Positions 44,160 to 64,000 of a DNA stretch of 64,000 nt are shown piece by piece; position 1 is the stretch's first letter; the number at the start of each line of letters is the position of its first letter. The notes beneath the pieces are model-generated. The model ran no database searches. It was not told the DNA's origin and saw only the letters and a program-made list of their open reading frames with translations. This DNA is from Chrysomallon squamiferum (Eukaryota; Animalia; Mollusca), in assembly GCA_012295275.1 (NCBI GenBank), contig CM022667.1:13330001-13394000 (forward strand), given 5' to 3'. Both the position numbers and the translations under genes were made by a program.

Positions 44160-45857
44160 TGCATATGTATGTGTCTGTGTGTGTATATATATATATATTG
44201 TATATTGTACTATACGTATGTATATATGTACATATGCACATATCGTTATGTAAAAAATATTTATTTTGAACTATATTTAATAATCATTAATATTAATTTG
44301 TGCTGAATTATCGTTAAACGTTCAGTCAAAAGATTTATCTACTTTTTATTTAATACATATTTAATATGACCTATTCTGTATCAACAAAAACAAAAAATGT
44401 TGGTGAAAAACACTATTTATGGAAATTCTCACAAAATAACAGCTAATATGAATATTATCGTGACATTTTCTCCACATTAGACTACATACAGTTTGGGTTT
44501 AGAAAAATTTGATTTTAATGTTGATAATAGATGAATTACGTTTAAGAACTAAATTACTAAGTGCTTAACTGAGATGTACCCAGTTTTTATATGCTTTCAT
44601 ACCATCTACACGTGTTTGTTTTTTATGTCAGCCCACCATGATCCATTATCAGCATCTTTAGAAAAATAATAATATTAATAACAAACAACCCCTTCTTAAG
44701 TTTCCTGTTTTCATCTTAAGTTAAAATAAGTGCATCTAGATAAATGCTGATATATAATATCTTTGTTTATCTCATAAGTGTAACAACCTCTGCATATTTT
44801 GGTTATTTTTTTTGAAAAATGCCAGTGTCAGATTACATCCGAGACAAAATAAGTAAATAATGCGTAAGATTTTTTAACACTAAACAAATGATCTTCGTAT
44901 TTAATAAAATGTTAAATTGTCTACACTTTTCAGTTTTCCTACTTATATAATTATAACTGATTTTCTAAACTTTCTTTTGTTGTTGTCATTTTATGGTCTG
45001 TTGAAACAGACTTTAAAATGGTTTACAAAGTTTAGTTATATATGTACAATGCAAATGTTAAACTGATAAACTGATTTTCACCACATATAAGCAATAATGA
45101 TTAAATAACTTTTCCATATTTACTATTTATTTTATTAAAAAATATATCAATGATAATACACTTTTGTGAGTAGTGGTACAATTTTATCCTTCAATAGCCT
45201 GATACTATGTCAGTATGTGATACAGTATAAATGAGTATGTGATTTAGCTTATAGACCTTTGGACTTGCTTTGTCACTTTTTTTTTTCTTTCCTTCTTTAT
45301 AACATTCTGTGCAATCAATGAATCATATTAATATTTTTTAAGTTGTTTTTTTGATGTTTTCTTAGTTTCAGTTCTGGTTTTAATTTTTATATATGTATAT
45401 CATATTAACCGTTAATGTGTATTTAATCATTTTCATCTTCCAGTCGAGTTTTCTAAATTTGTAATGGAAATTTTGAATGAACCAAAATTACAATCTGAAC
45501 ACCGAATTAATAAATTATTATAAAACTGGGTTTTAATTTAATTTTCAAATTATTTCAAATTTTAAATTTGTTTTAATCATCAGTACCAAGTGAGCGCACG
45601 TGACCAGGGAGGTTGATAGCATTCTGATTCTGTGATACCGCACGTACGCATCGCTTTTTTATAAAATGAACTACGACAAAAAAAAAGACAAAAAAATCAA
45701 ACACCGCCATCGGCTGACATACCAGTTGTCATTTTCTTACCTCTTCTAAAAACTTCGTAACATTGTAAACTTTGTCATGAATTATTAACATCGCCGATTT
45801 GGAATCTTTGTTTTCCTTCACCTCTGCGAGGCGAAATATTTTAGTTTCCTCCGTCAT
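40198..45857 (-). CDS. CYB5: Cytochrome b5, tail-anchored, 133 aa, 6 coding exons (whole-gene span)
   Basis: join(45741-45857,42958-42994,42405-42496,41977-42003,40553-40587,40198-40291) = 402 nt, all GT-AG with matching phases. Protein [133 protein letters not shown] has the HPGG and GHS heme-ligand motifs and a C-terminal TM anchor. Confidence 0.97.
40553..40587 (-). CDS. CYB5: Cytochrome b5 exon 5 (35 nt)
   Basis: TATCAG|[11 protein letters not shown]+AA|GTAAGT; supplies the phase-2 junction needed for the last exon. Confidence 0.88.
40643..41522. mobile_element. Non-autonomous DNA transposon (MITE) with long TIRs, Sola2-like
   Basis: Termini GGGTCATTCCGTGTCAAATCACCC ... GGGTGATTTGACACGGAATGACCC. 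Arms 40643-40918 and 41249-41522 are near-identical inverted copies. TATT lies directly on both flanks (40639-40642, 41523-41526). No transposase ORF. Located in cytochrome b5 intron 4. Confidence 0.9.
41977..42003 (-). CDS. CYB5: Cytochrome b5 exon 4 (27-nt microexon)
   Basis: TTTTAG|SERKNKDIK|GTTTGT; phase 0-0, fits the linker. Confidence 0.8.
42405..42496 (-). CDS. CYB5: Cytochrome b5 exon 3
   Basis: TATAG|(G)[30 protein letters not shown]|GTAAGT. Confidence 0.96.
42958..42994 (-). CDS. CYB5: Cytochrome b5 exon 2 (37 nt)
   Basis: TAATAG|[12 protein letters not shown](G)|GTGAGT. Confidence 0.96.
44013..44319. mobile_element. Short inverted-repeat (foldback/MITE-like) element with a microsatellite core
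   Basis: 44013-44056 and 44276-44319 are 44-bp inverted repeats with one mismatch, with weaker pairing further inward. (GT)n/(TA)-rich core. No clear TSD. Confidence 0.6.
45741..45857 (-). CDS. CYB5: Cytochrome b5 coding exon 1
   Basis: ATG at 45857; MTEETK...VTKFLEE; donor GAG|GTAAGA. Confidence 0.95.
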
Positions 45858-46199
45858 TTCAGCAAGACCCAGCAGACATAGACTGAACGTGTCGTCGACT
45901 GGTATCCCCACTTGTACTGAACCAATAAAGAGTGTGTCTATTGAACCTGAACCGAAATGAATAAAGAAATGTGTGTAGCTGACCTAACAATATGACAACA
46001 AATCATATGAATATTGAGATTATTTTTCTTTCTTTCTTAGCCTATTCAGTATTCGATGTTATGAAAACTGCATTAGACACTGATTAAAACTGAATCAGCA
46101 ACGTTTTATAACCGGTAACTTATTAAACAGTTTTGTTAACGGAAGATGTCTATGCACCTGCTTGTTATTGCAAAAATTTAAAGTAACAACAATGTACCA

Positions 46200-46254
<55 letters not shown>

Positions 46255-46529
46255 CATTTTATTATTATTATAAAAGAGCAAACGTTAGAAACATATCATT
46301 ATTACTATACAATGATTTAATTTATAACCAGAACCTGTCTATAAAGCAAGCCTTAAATCATTCAAGCATTAAAAACAGATCGACAATACACTCTGTACTC
46401 TTTAGGCGACGTCACGGTCTGATAAACTTGTAAGAAAATGCCAAGGCCACTGCTTTTAGATATTTTAAGGAGGATGACATTTATAAACTACTGCTGCCAC
46501 CCGACAATTTATTAAGTGCTACAATGTTT

Positions 46530-46560
<31 letters not shown>

Positions 46561-46844
46561 TGTTTTTATTCAGTAAGACTAAATAAATAAAGGTTTCTAT
46601 TTTTGTTTTTTAAATATTAAAATATTGTTTTAAAGACACGGTGAAACGGATCCATAGTCATTTTCTCCTGCGCCATTTTTTTTTTTATTTTATTTTTTTT
46701 TTTATATGCACAAGAACACAAAAATCAATATGCAAAAAAGAAAAGACAAAAATGATGTAACTGTATTTCTTTTAATGAATGTTTCTGATTGATATTATTA
46801 AAAGAAAAGGGAAGAAATAATATATGTTGCAAAAGGCCAGTGTT

Positions 46845-47011
46845 TTATGTAAACCAATCAAATATCTAATATCAGTACCTGCCCATTTCATTAACCAATC
46901 AGAAGCTGAGTTTATAGGTTAATTGGAATTTGTCAAGGTCATCAAAATCAACACGTTTTCCTATTAATAATTCACCTACTATCTGCGGGTACGTTTTATA
47001 TACGGGTAAGT
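46845..47011 (+). promoter_or_regulatory. Probable TAT core promoter and non-coding first exon
   Basis: TTATGTAA 46845-46852; CCAATCA boxes at 46854 and 46895; TTTATA 46911; TCAAGGTCA 46933-46941; donor CGG|GTAAGT at 47006 that could splice to the acceptor at 47874. Confidence 0.6.
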
Positions 47012-47264
47012 ATAATTCCAGTAATGCATTTTAATAATATTTTTGTTTTTCCGATATTTATTTATTATACGGTGTCAGAATGTTATATATTAGAAACATT
47101 TAGTTCGTGATTTCTTGTTTACCATTTCAACCATTTGTTTGATGTGTTTATGAATGTTTTTTATATTGATCATTTGTTGTAACAAATTACAATGTAACAG
47201 TGACAACCACAATGACGTACAAGTTTAGCACAAATTCACAAATTCCTTCCACTCATATATATGT

Positions 47265-47305
<41 letters not shown>

Positions 47306-47892
47306 AAATACATACTGCAATTTGATACACCTTTTGATAGACACATATATGTGTGTGGGTGGGTGGAACTACAGCACTCAGTTTATTTTATAACATTCTC
47401 CAGAGAAAAACCAATAGTGAGCATAAATATGGGGAAATATATGTGTTTAGACATTTATTTTAGTCAGTTATAGTATTTCTTAATTCAATATCATCCCACT
47501 TATTAATCCATTTAATTATTTATCCTGTCGTGTCTGGTTTTTAATGCATGTGGTTCTTTTATTTATCTGATATACATTTATAAGCTTTTTTGTTACAAGG
47601 AAGAATCCAAAATCCTATTCAAGATGGATATGAAATAATCCCAGCTCTTTAAAAATAACACACACACACATACACACACTCTACATACTATATACTACAT
47701 ACATACATACATACATACATACATACATACATACATGTGTATGCATTTTAATCATGTGAAATAATAATTATCTTCTAAACACTTCTCTTGAACCTTGTAT
47801 TGTCTTTGTGTCGATCTGTTTTCAGCTTATTTTTAATCTACTTGTAAGTAATAATTATCTTTCATGCTATTCAGATAAACTGATAAACCAAA

Positions 47893-56946
<9,054 letters not shown>

Positions 56947-58363
56947 GAAGTTTAACAAGCTTGGTGAACACCGGTGAATTATTTTATTGGATCAAGTATT
57001 AAAAACAAATCTCGGTTTCACCTTCTTAAAATTTGGTTATGGAAAGATATATATTTTGGGTTTATTTTAATAAGATTTTAGTGTATTCTTGTTTTGTTGT
57101 TTGAAGATTTTTTGTGTATAAAATGTTTGGAGAAAGTCATTCAAAGATCTGAAGATAAAGAAAACAAAAAAAACGCTGATATGAGATTTCAGTCTATATA
57201 TTTGTTTGACGTGTGACCATATAAATTTCAAACAGTTTAAGTGATATCATAATTTTGTTAAAAAAAATAAAGTCGAAAAAAAAAAAAAAATAATATATGA
57301 ATAAATAAAAATAATAATATGAAAATGAAAAAATGAAAGATTTACTAATGTCAGTTTAGGTCAAAGAGGTAAAAACAATTAAAATTTCACAAAATATAAA
57401 AAAAAAAATATATATATTGAGAAGAATTTTGCTGAAAAAGTTGATTTTGTTGTTTTCAAATTATATAAAAGAATGATTCATTATCGGTAATGGCAAATAT
57501 TCATTAGACAAAATCTTTAATGTTGATAACATAATGTGAGAGAGTTTAAACAAAGTAATTACTTTGTAATTGAACAAATTATTATTATTATTTTTTTAAA
57601 TTTTTTTTCTATTTTTAATTTTAAGTTTTTAATCACAGGTTATACATATCCATAGGATTTTGATATGGAACTTTATTCCATGCTTTAATTAGTTTAATAA
57701 TCTCTAACCCATTGTTCAGTACAAAAAACCCCATCAAGACAGTTATTTAACATTGTTTTATTAATGCTTTGACAATCTTTGTTAATTAATATTGTTTACA
57801 TTTTTATTATACTGTTACGTTTTTCAACCTAAGTGCTCATTATTTAAATACAATGATTGTTATTTTAGATATACTTCTACAAGTGTTAAATTTTTAAATC
57901 ACTAGTTTTTAATATTTTTTGATGTGGTAATATATATATATATATATCTATAACTTCTATTTTGAAGCATTTTACACAGATATTTTTACATTTTAACTGA
58001 GTGTTTCATTCTTTTAAAGTTATAAATATTTCTTTAATGAAAATAAAATAAAAATATAGTAATTATATGCATAATAAAAATAAAAGGAAAAGCTAAGATG
58101 GTATATTATCTCTTTCTTTATGTTTTAAAATGATTGTTACTGTTATATTATTATTATCATTATTATTACCATTTTTCTAATTTATTTATTTATTTATTTA
58201 TTATTATTGTTATTATTATTATTATTATTATTGCTATTATAACTATTATTATTATTACTACAATTATTGCTTTTATTATGATTATTATTACTGTTACTAG
58301 TACTATTACTACTACTATGACTGATATTCCTAAATTTAATAATAATAATAATAATATTATTAA

Positions 58364-58394
<31 letters not shown>

Positions 58395-59214
58395 CTTATT
58401 TCCTGTTTCTAAACTTTACTCAAGAAAAAGCTTAGATGTACTAACATACATATCTGTATAACAGTATTTCAGGTTGTGGTTATGTCTCTAAATAATCAGA
58501 ATTATATTTAAGTATTTTGTATATTATTCAAGGATGATATTTTGTGTATTGTTGATGTTATAACTTTTTGTTGTTTTGTTGAATTTTGGAAATAAAAAAT
58601 GATATACGTGGAGATTGAAACATTAAATATTGATGTGCTATATTTTTCTAAATATTGAAGATTGTTTGTTAAAATATACTTTGTTCTGTTGATTTTATTT
58701 TTAGTTGTTACAATAAAATAAATAAATTTAAAAAAGTAATAAGGTATTATAATTAAAAAAGTGCTGAATTTTACAAGTGCCTTATTAATTAATTAATTAA
58801 TTAATAGTAATGATAAAATGAAGAATATGAAAAATAAGGAGAATAAATATGAATATGTATGATGATTTTTTATGAATTTGATGAAAATTATTATTATTGT
58901 TATTACATAATTCTTAATTTAACATTCCAACTTTTATCAATGCATATGGCAGCTACATAACATTTTGCATTAATTATTGGCACAAGGTATCAAAATGTCT
59001 TATAAATTGTTTTTGTTTTATGAGGTTTTCTTAATATATGTATTTATATATTTTATAATATTTCACTTTGTTGTTGATTGTTATTGTTATGATATATATT
59101 TTTTTTCTTGGAGGGAAATTCACTGAATTATTATTTTTGAGTCCACCATTAACTAGTACAGTACATGTTTTTTATCAATCATTCGGTTTATTTGTGCTGT
59201 GTCTCCCTCTCTGT

Positions 59215-59590
59215 TTGTCTATCACAGCAGTTTGTCTATGTTTCTATCTCTGTACATTTTTATCTGTTTTGTCTTACTCCGTGCCTACCACTGTCTATTC
59301 TCTGTCTGTCTATCACAGCAGCTTTGTCAACATTTCTAGCTCTGTACATTTTTATCTGTTTTGTCTTACTCTGTGCCTACCACTGTCTATTCTCTGTCTG
59401 TCTATCACAGCAGCTTTGTCTACATTTCTAGCTCTGTACATTTTTATCTGTTTTGTCTTACTCTGTGCCTATCACTGTCTGTCTATCACAGCAGCTTTGT
59501 CTATATTTCTATGTCTGTATGTTTTTATCTGTTTTATCTCACTGTTTGCCTACCACCGTCTATTCCTCAGTCTGTATGTTGTTCTGTCTG
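59215..59590. repeat. ~90-bp minisatellite, about 4 copies
   Basis: TCTATCACAGCAG(C)TTTGTC...TACATTTTTATCTGTTTTGTCTTACTC recurs near 59218, 59309, 59401 and 59482. Confidence 0.9.
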
Positions 59591-62456
59591 TCCACTATAA
59601 AGTCTGAAACTAATTTTATGAAAAAAGAAAAAAAATTCTCTAAATTTAGTCAGCAATATTGTTAGAAATTGAGAAAGTTTTTGATCAGTTAATATAATAT
59701 TAAATTTGGTTTCATTAAGTTTAAATTATTTACATATTCTATATCTTATATAACTATGTTCTGTTTTCCTCCAAGTAGAAATTGCATTTTGCTATTTTCT
59801 GATTTGATACTTCAACTGTCTGTTATTTATTGCATACTTAAATATATATATTTTTGATATATTGTGCTTTAAAGCATGCATCAAACCACATTAACACAAA
59901 CAAAAAATAACAAAGTTAACAGACAGACACATACACACAAACACACACATTCATAAAATAAAGACACAAACTAAATATTTGAAATCTAAATATTTTAACA
60001 ACAAATTGTCATTATCAATTCTTTGCTGTAGTGCCTGGTGAATATATTAATTTGTTTTACATACATGTCATGTTAAAACTATTTACGTTTATTACTTTAT
60101 TAATTCTTATTTTTCTTGTTACTTATTTTCTTACTTATTTATATACCCTTTACCTTATACTCATTTAATTTTAATTTAAAAAAACAACAAAAAACCCCAT
60201 GTTTTTAACCACTGATTTATTTATTTTTTTTCCTTGAGAATAATTTTATTTGGATTAACAGAAATCTTCTAAAGGAAAATTATTAAAAATTTCAATTAAT
60301 TTAAAAATTAAAGAAGAAAAAAAAAGACCTGGTAGATTAAGAAATAAATGCCATATCCATCCCCCCCAGTCCCCCTCTGAGATTCTTCCAAAATTTCCAC
60401 AATTATTATTTTTTAGTGCTTTATTTATGCACACATTTTTGTAATTTGCTATTATTTCACTTCAAGAGCAGCTATGTTTAAAATACTTTGTGAAGAAGAA
60501 ATTTTACAATGCAATATGCGTATACTAATTTATGTACCAATAATATATATATATACATGTGTGTGTGTGTGTGTGTGAGCTAATAAATATAATTTTAAAT
60601 TACTGTTTGTTCTTGTTCCTGCAGTTTGATCTGGAAAGAAAAAATATTTTATAATTATTTTTTAACACAAGACTGGGTACAATATCAGGTAAAGTTGGCT
60701 TGTCCCAATTAATGTCACAGATTTTTGTTATTTTATGATGATCATCAACATTATTGTTACTGTTAATATCATCATTATAGCATATGCTGTTACTGATTTT
60801 TACTCTTCAGAGTAAGAATAATGATGACGATGATGATGATGATAATGATTATTATTATTATTATTTAAGAATGAGATCAGCATTATCCTAATTTTTTTTT
60901 CTTTGTTGGAAGGTATAAAATAAAATAAAATAAGTCTAAAAATACATTATATTGAAATTAAGTCTATTTAATTTTTTATGTACAAGGAGATTGATGCACA
61001 TGTAGTACCTCACTACCAACAACTACTAGTACTACTAAAAACACTGCTACTACTACTGCTAATAATAATAATTTATTAATTCAAAGTAACATATTACATA
61101 GTGTTTAGTTTTGTGGAACCAGAGCTTTTAAATATTAAAAAATAACAAACAAACAAAACAATTTGTTTTGAATAAATTTATTCAGAACATATATTTTTCA
61201 AAAATGAAAAAATTTAAATTAACAATATTATAAATCACTGCATTATACTATCATACATTTTTATCAAAATAAATGACATGTAATGAAAACTCTAATTAAT
61301 TAGACTAGAATATAATAATAAAACTCAACTTGAAATATTAATAATGATGATAAAATTGCAATATCACATACATTTTAACAATAACAAAATTTGAAAATTC
61401 CAAAGTAAATAACAAATTCATGGTAACATGATAAACTTCTCAATACTGATTTGAGCAATTTATATTAATTAGTAAAATGATTAAATGTATATAAAAAAAC
61501 TGATCACAGAAAAGCTTCATTGTGAGGTGCAGTAAATAAATTATTATATTAACACTGATAGTGCAAAAATTTCTTATTAAATTGTTGTTGCTGTTCTTTT
61601 TTCCTTTTTAATCATGATTTTCATTTTTATTAAAAATTGTTAATAAGAAGACGAAGAACGACAACAACCATAGCAAGAGCAGTAACAAATAATTATAAAA
61701 AAGTGCTCCATTTACAAAACTATACAACGAGTATTATTGATATTGCTACGAAAAAAAGCCTTTATTAAAAACAAAATTTAAATTCAACAATCTTTTAGCA
61801 CTATTAAAGTATGCTGCATTAGCTGATTTTCTTTCATGATTAATGAATTCTAGTGACATCTAGGTATGAAAGATTTCTCTTTTCAAGAATAACCTATTAC
61901 GACAATTTGACAAATGCATAGCAAAGTAAGTAAATACATAATTTCATATATTAATGTGTATTGGTTTTTTTTTTGGTGAACTACTTCTTTATAAAATATA
62001 TATTTTAAAATTTATTTTAATATCACTTTGTGTTTGATTATTAACAAGAGAATGAAATGAAATGCAAAATAAATAATTTATGGTCAATGTTTCTTGTGCG
62101 TTTTTTGTAAATGCTTGTTAAAAATTTTCTTAGCGGATTATTATTATTTTTATTATTTTCTTCTTTTTACAGGTAGGAGTATTTTTATTTTATTGTTATT
62201 ACTATTCATTTTATATAATTTCTATCATTTTTTTTTATTCACATTTTTCGTCATTTTAATTTTTTGTTTAATTTTTTTTTCTTTTTCTCTTTACTTTTGG
62301 TGGACTTTACCATTTTTTTTATTTTTTATTTTTATTAAAACCAGATTGTTTCCCCTGCTTCATCAGATTTCATTTTTAATCTCTTTGTGTTAATTTCAAA
62401 TCTTGAATCACTAACATTTGTGTGCCACTTTAATATACACTAACACAAACAAGATT

Positions 62457-62669
62457 TCACATGACATCAGCTGTTGGACTCTTGTTCTGTATTTCTTCCG
62501 ATGTAACTTTTGGAGGACAATCATTTACATTTCTGAAAACACCAGTGACGCTATTAGCCTGCGATATCTGAACTTCCTCTGTGGTTGAGCTGTTTACTAG
62601 AAGCTGCCGATCATCTTCTGTGATTGAGTGATCATGTGCAGGTTTCTCCTCTTGTTTACTCTCCAGCTT
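62457..62669 (-). CDS. CD36/SCARB-like, last exon (cytoplasmic tail)
   Basis: CTTTAG|KLESKQEEKPAHDHSITEDDRQLLVNSS...SPTADVM-TGA; 70 codons plus stop. Confidence 0.82.
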   Translation of the reverse strand, partial: KLESKQEEKPAHDHSITEDDRQLLVNSSTTEEVQISQANSVTGVFRNVNDCPPKVTSEEIQNKSPTADVM

Positions 62670-62706
62670 CTAAAGAGAAAAAAAATCCAACTGGAGACAT
62701 GGAGAC

Positions 62707-62853
<147 letters not shown>

Positions 62854-63029
62854 AGTAACAGAAAAAAACATGCATATAAACAGAAAGAGGACAGGAAAAA
62901 ATCATTCCAAGATTTTTAAAATAAATTAAATGAAACATAAATTGAAAAGAAAAAAGAAAAATGATACCAATATCTTATATTAACTAAATTTCTGCAATAA
63001 CATTAATAATAATAATAATAATAATGTAC

Positions 63030-63179
63030 CTTAAATTTGATGTAAGCAAAAGTCAGTCCACACACAAACATCAACCCCCCAACAGCCATTAAAAAGATCT
63101 CCAGAATCTGTGCTATCAGCAAGGGAATGAAAAGCATGTTCTTCAGTGTCTGGGCATGAGCATCATCAACAATAGAACT
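63030..63179 (-). CDS. CD36/SCARB-like, C-terminal TM exon
   Basis: TTTCAG|SSIVDDAHAQTLKNMLFIPLLIAQILEIFLMAVGGLMFVCGLTFAYIKFK|GTACAT; 150 nt, phase 0-0. Confidence 0.88.
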
Positions 63180-63915
63180 CTGAAAATGTACATTTATTCC
63201 AAATTATCTATGTGAGTCAACAGAGAGTCACACAGACAGGCTTACAGATGTACAAATACTTAATAATAACTTATAGAAGATATGATAGTGTCATATTATT
63301 AATACGTATTGTTTCTTAGAATAAATACTTTTTGAAAATTCACTAAAAGGGTTATTGTTCATTTGCAAAATTAATAAGAAATGACATGAAAAGTTTTTAT
63401 TTTCACTGTCATCAAGTTTTATTTAAATGACTAGTTAATAATTAATAAAAAAAAAAAAAAAAAAAAATGAAAATAAAAGAATGCATTAGAACATGTGTAT
63501 CCCATCATGAAATATCTGGCAGGCCAATAGCTGTATTATTGCTGACAATGGAAAAAGAAGGAATATCAAATACATCAGTACACATATAATAACAACTCAC
63601 ATTTATAGACAACGTATGAAAAATGGCAACACCTAGATATTTCTAAACTTTACATACTTATTGTTGTATTTCATTATTAATAAATTTTTGTTCTTTCTCC
63701 CTCTCTCCATCTGTTTTTCTGATTTTCTTTTTCACCCACCCTCTGTCTCTTTCCCCCAATTTCTTTCCCAAAGATAGAAAGAAAAAGAAAATAACTGCAA
63801 TAAAATGAAAATATAATTGGAAATATGCATAATCTTTATTGACAATTTTTTTTCCCACATCACCAAAAAATACAGTTTAAAAAAATATTTTAAATGTAGA
63901 ATAAACTTTACTTAC

Positions 63916-63967
63916 CTCATTTAACCAAAATATTGGAAACACAACTGGTTTGATGTTGTATGTTTGT
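63916..63967 (-). CDS. CD36/scavenger receptor class B (LIMP-2/SCARB-like), internal exon; gene continues beyond the window
   Basis: AATCAG|xQTYNIKPVVFPIFWLNE|GTAAGT; the P-x-x-W-L-N-E-S motif is typical of the C-terminal end of the CD36-family ectodomain. Confidence 0.85.
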
Positions 63968-64000
63968 CTGATTAAAAAAAAAAGATAGAAAGAAATCTTT

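Noticed and set aside
45858-45911. N-terminal extension MGIPVDDTF... of cytochrome b5 in the ORF track
   Set aside because: It begins at a non-ATG codon; the first ATG (45857, GAAATG) gives a normal-length protein.
59068-59665. Four overlapping Cys/Leu-rich ORFs up to 179 aa
   Set aside because: They come from the ~90-bp minisatellite, which is stop-poor in several frames.

Overview
AT-rich, microsatellite-dense animal DNA with spliceosomal GT-AG introns. It is probably an invertebrate and possibly a gastropod mollusc, which is inference only. Bases 1 to ~30.9 kb hold no credible protein-coding exon: they are simple repeats interleaved with CpG-retaining, promoter- or enhancer-like islands. 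The right half carries four spliced genes that I reconstructed by hand with consistent intron phases: (1) an unrecognised 153-aa single-pass membrane protein (+, 32058-33043); (2) cytochrome b5 (-, 6 coding exons, 133 aa); (3) tyrosine aminotransferase (+, 11 coding exons, 424 aa), arranged head-to-head with cytochrome b5; (4) the last three coding exons of a CD36/SCARB-family scavenger receptor (-). Cytochrome b5 introns contain two inverted-repeat elements, one an 880-bp MITE with ~275-bp TIRs and a TATT TSD (Sola2-like). Nearly all ORFs in the supplied track are microsatellite artefacts. I see no unambiguous new biological system. The best leads are the orphan membrane-adaptor-like gene with its uORFs and satellite-derived 3' region, the MITE rich in nuclear-receptor half-sites, a perfect DR5 element, and the 30-kb CpG-retaining non-coding domain.
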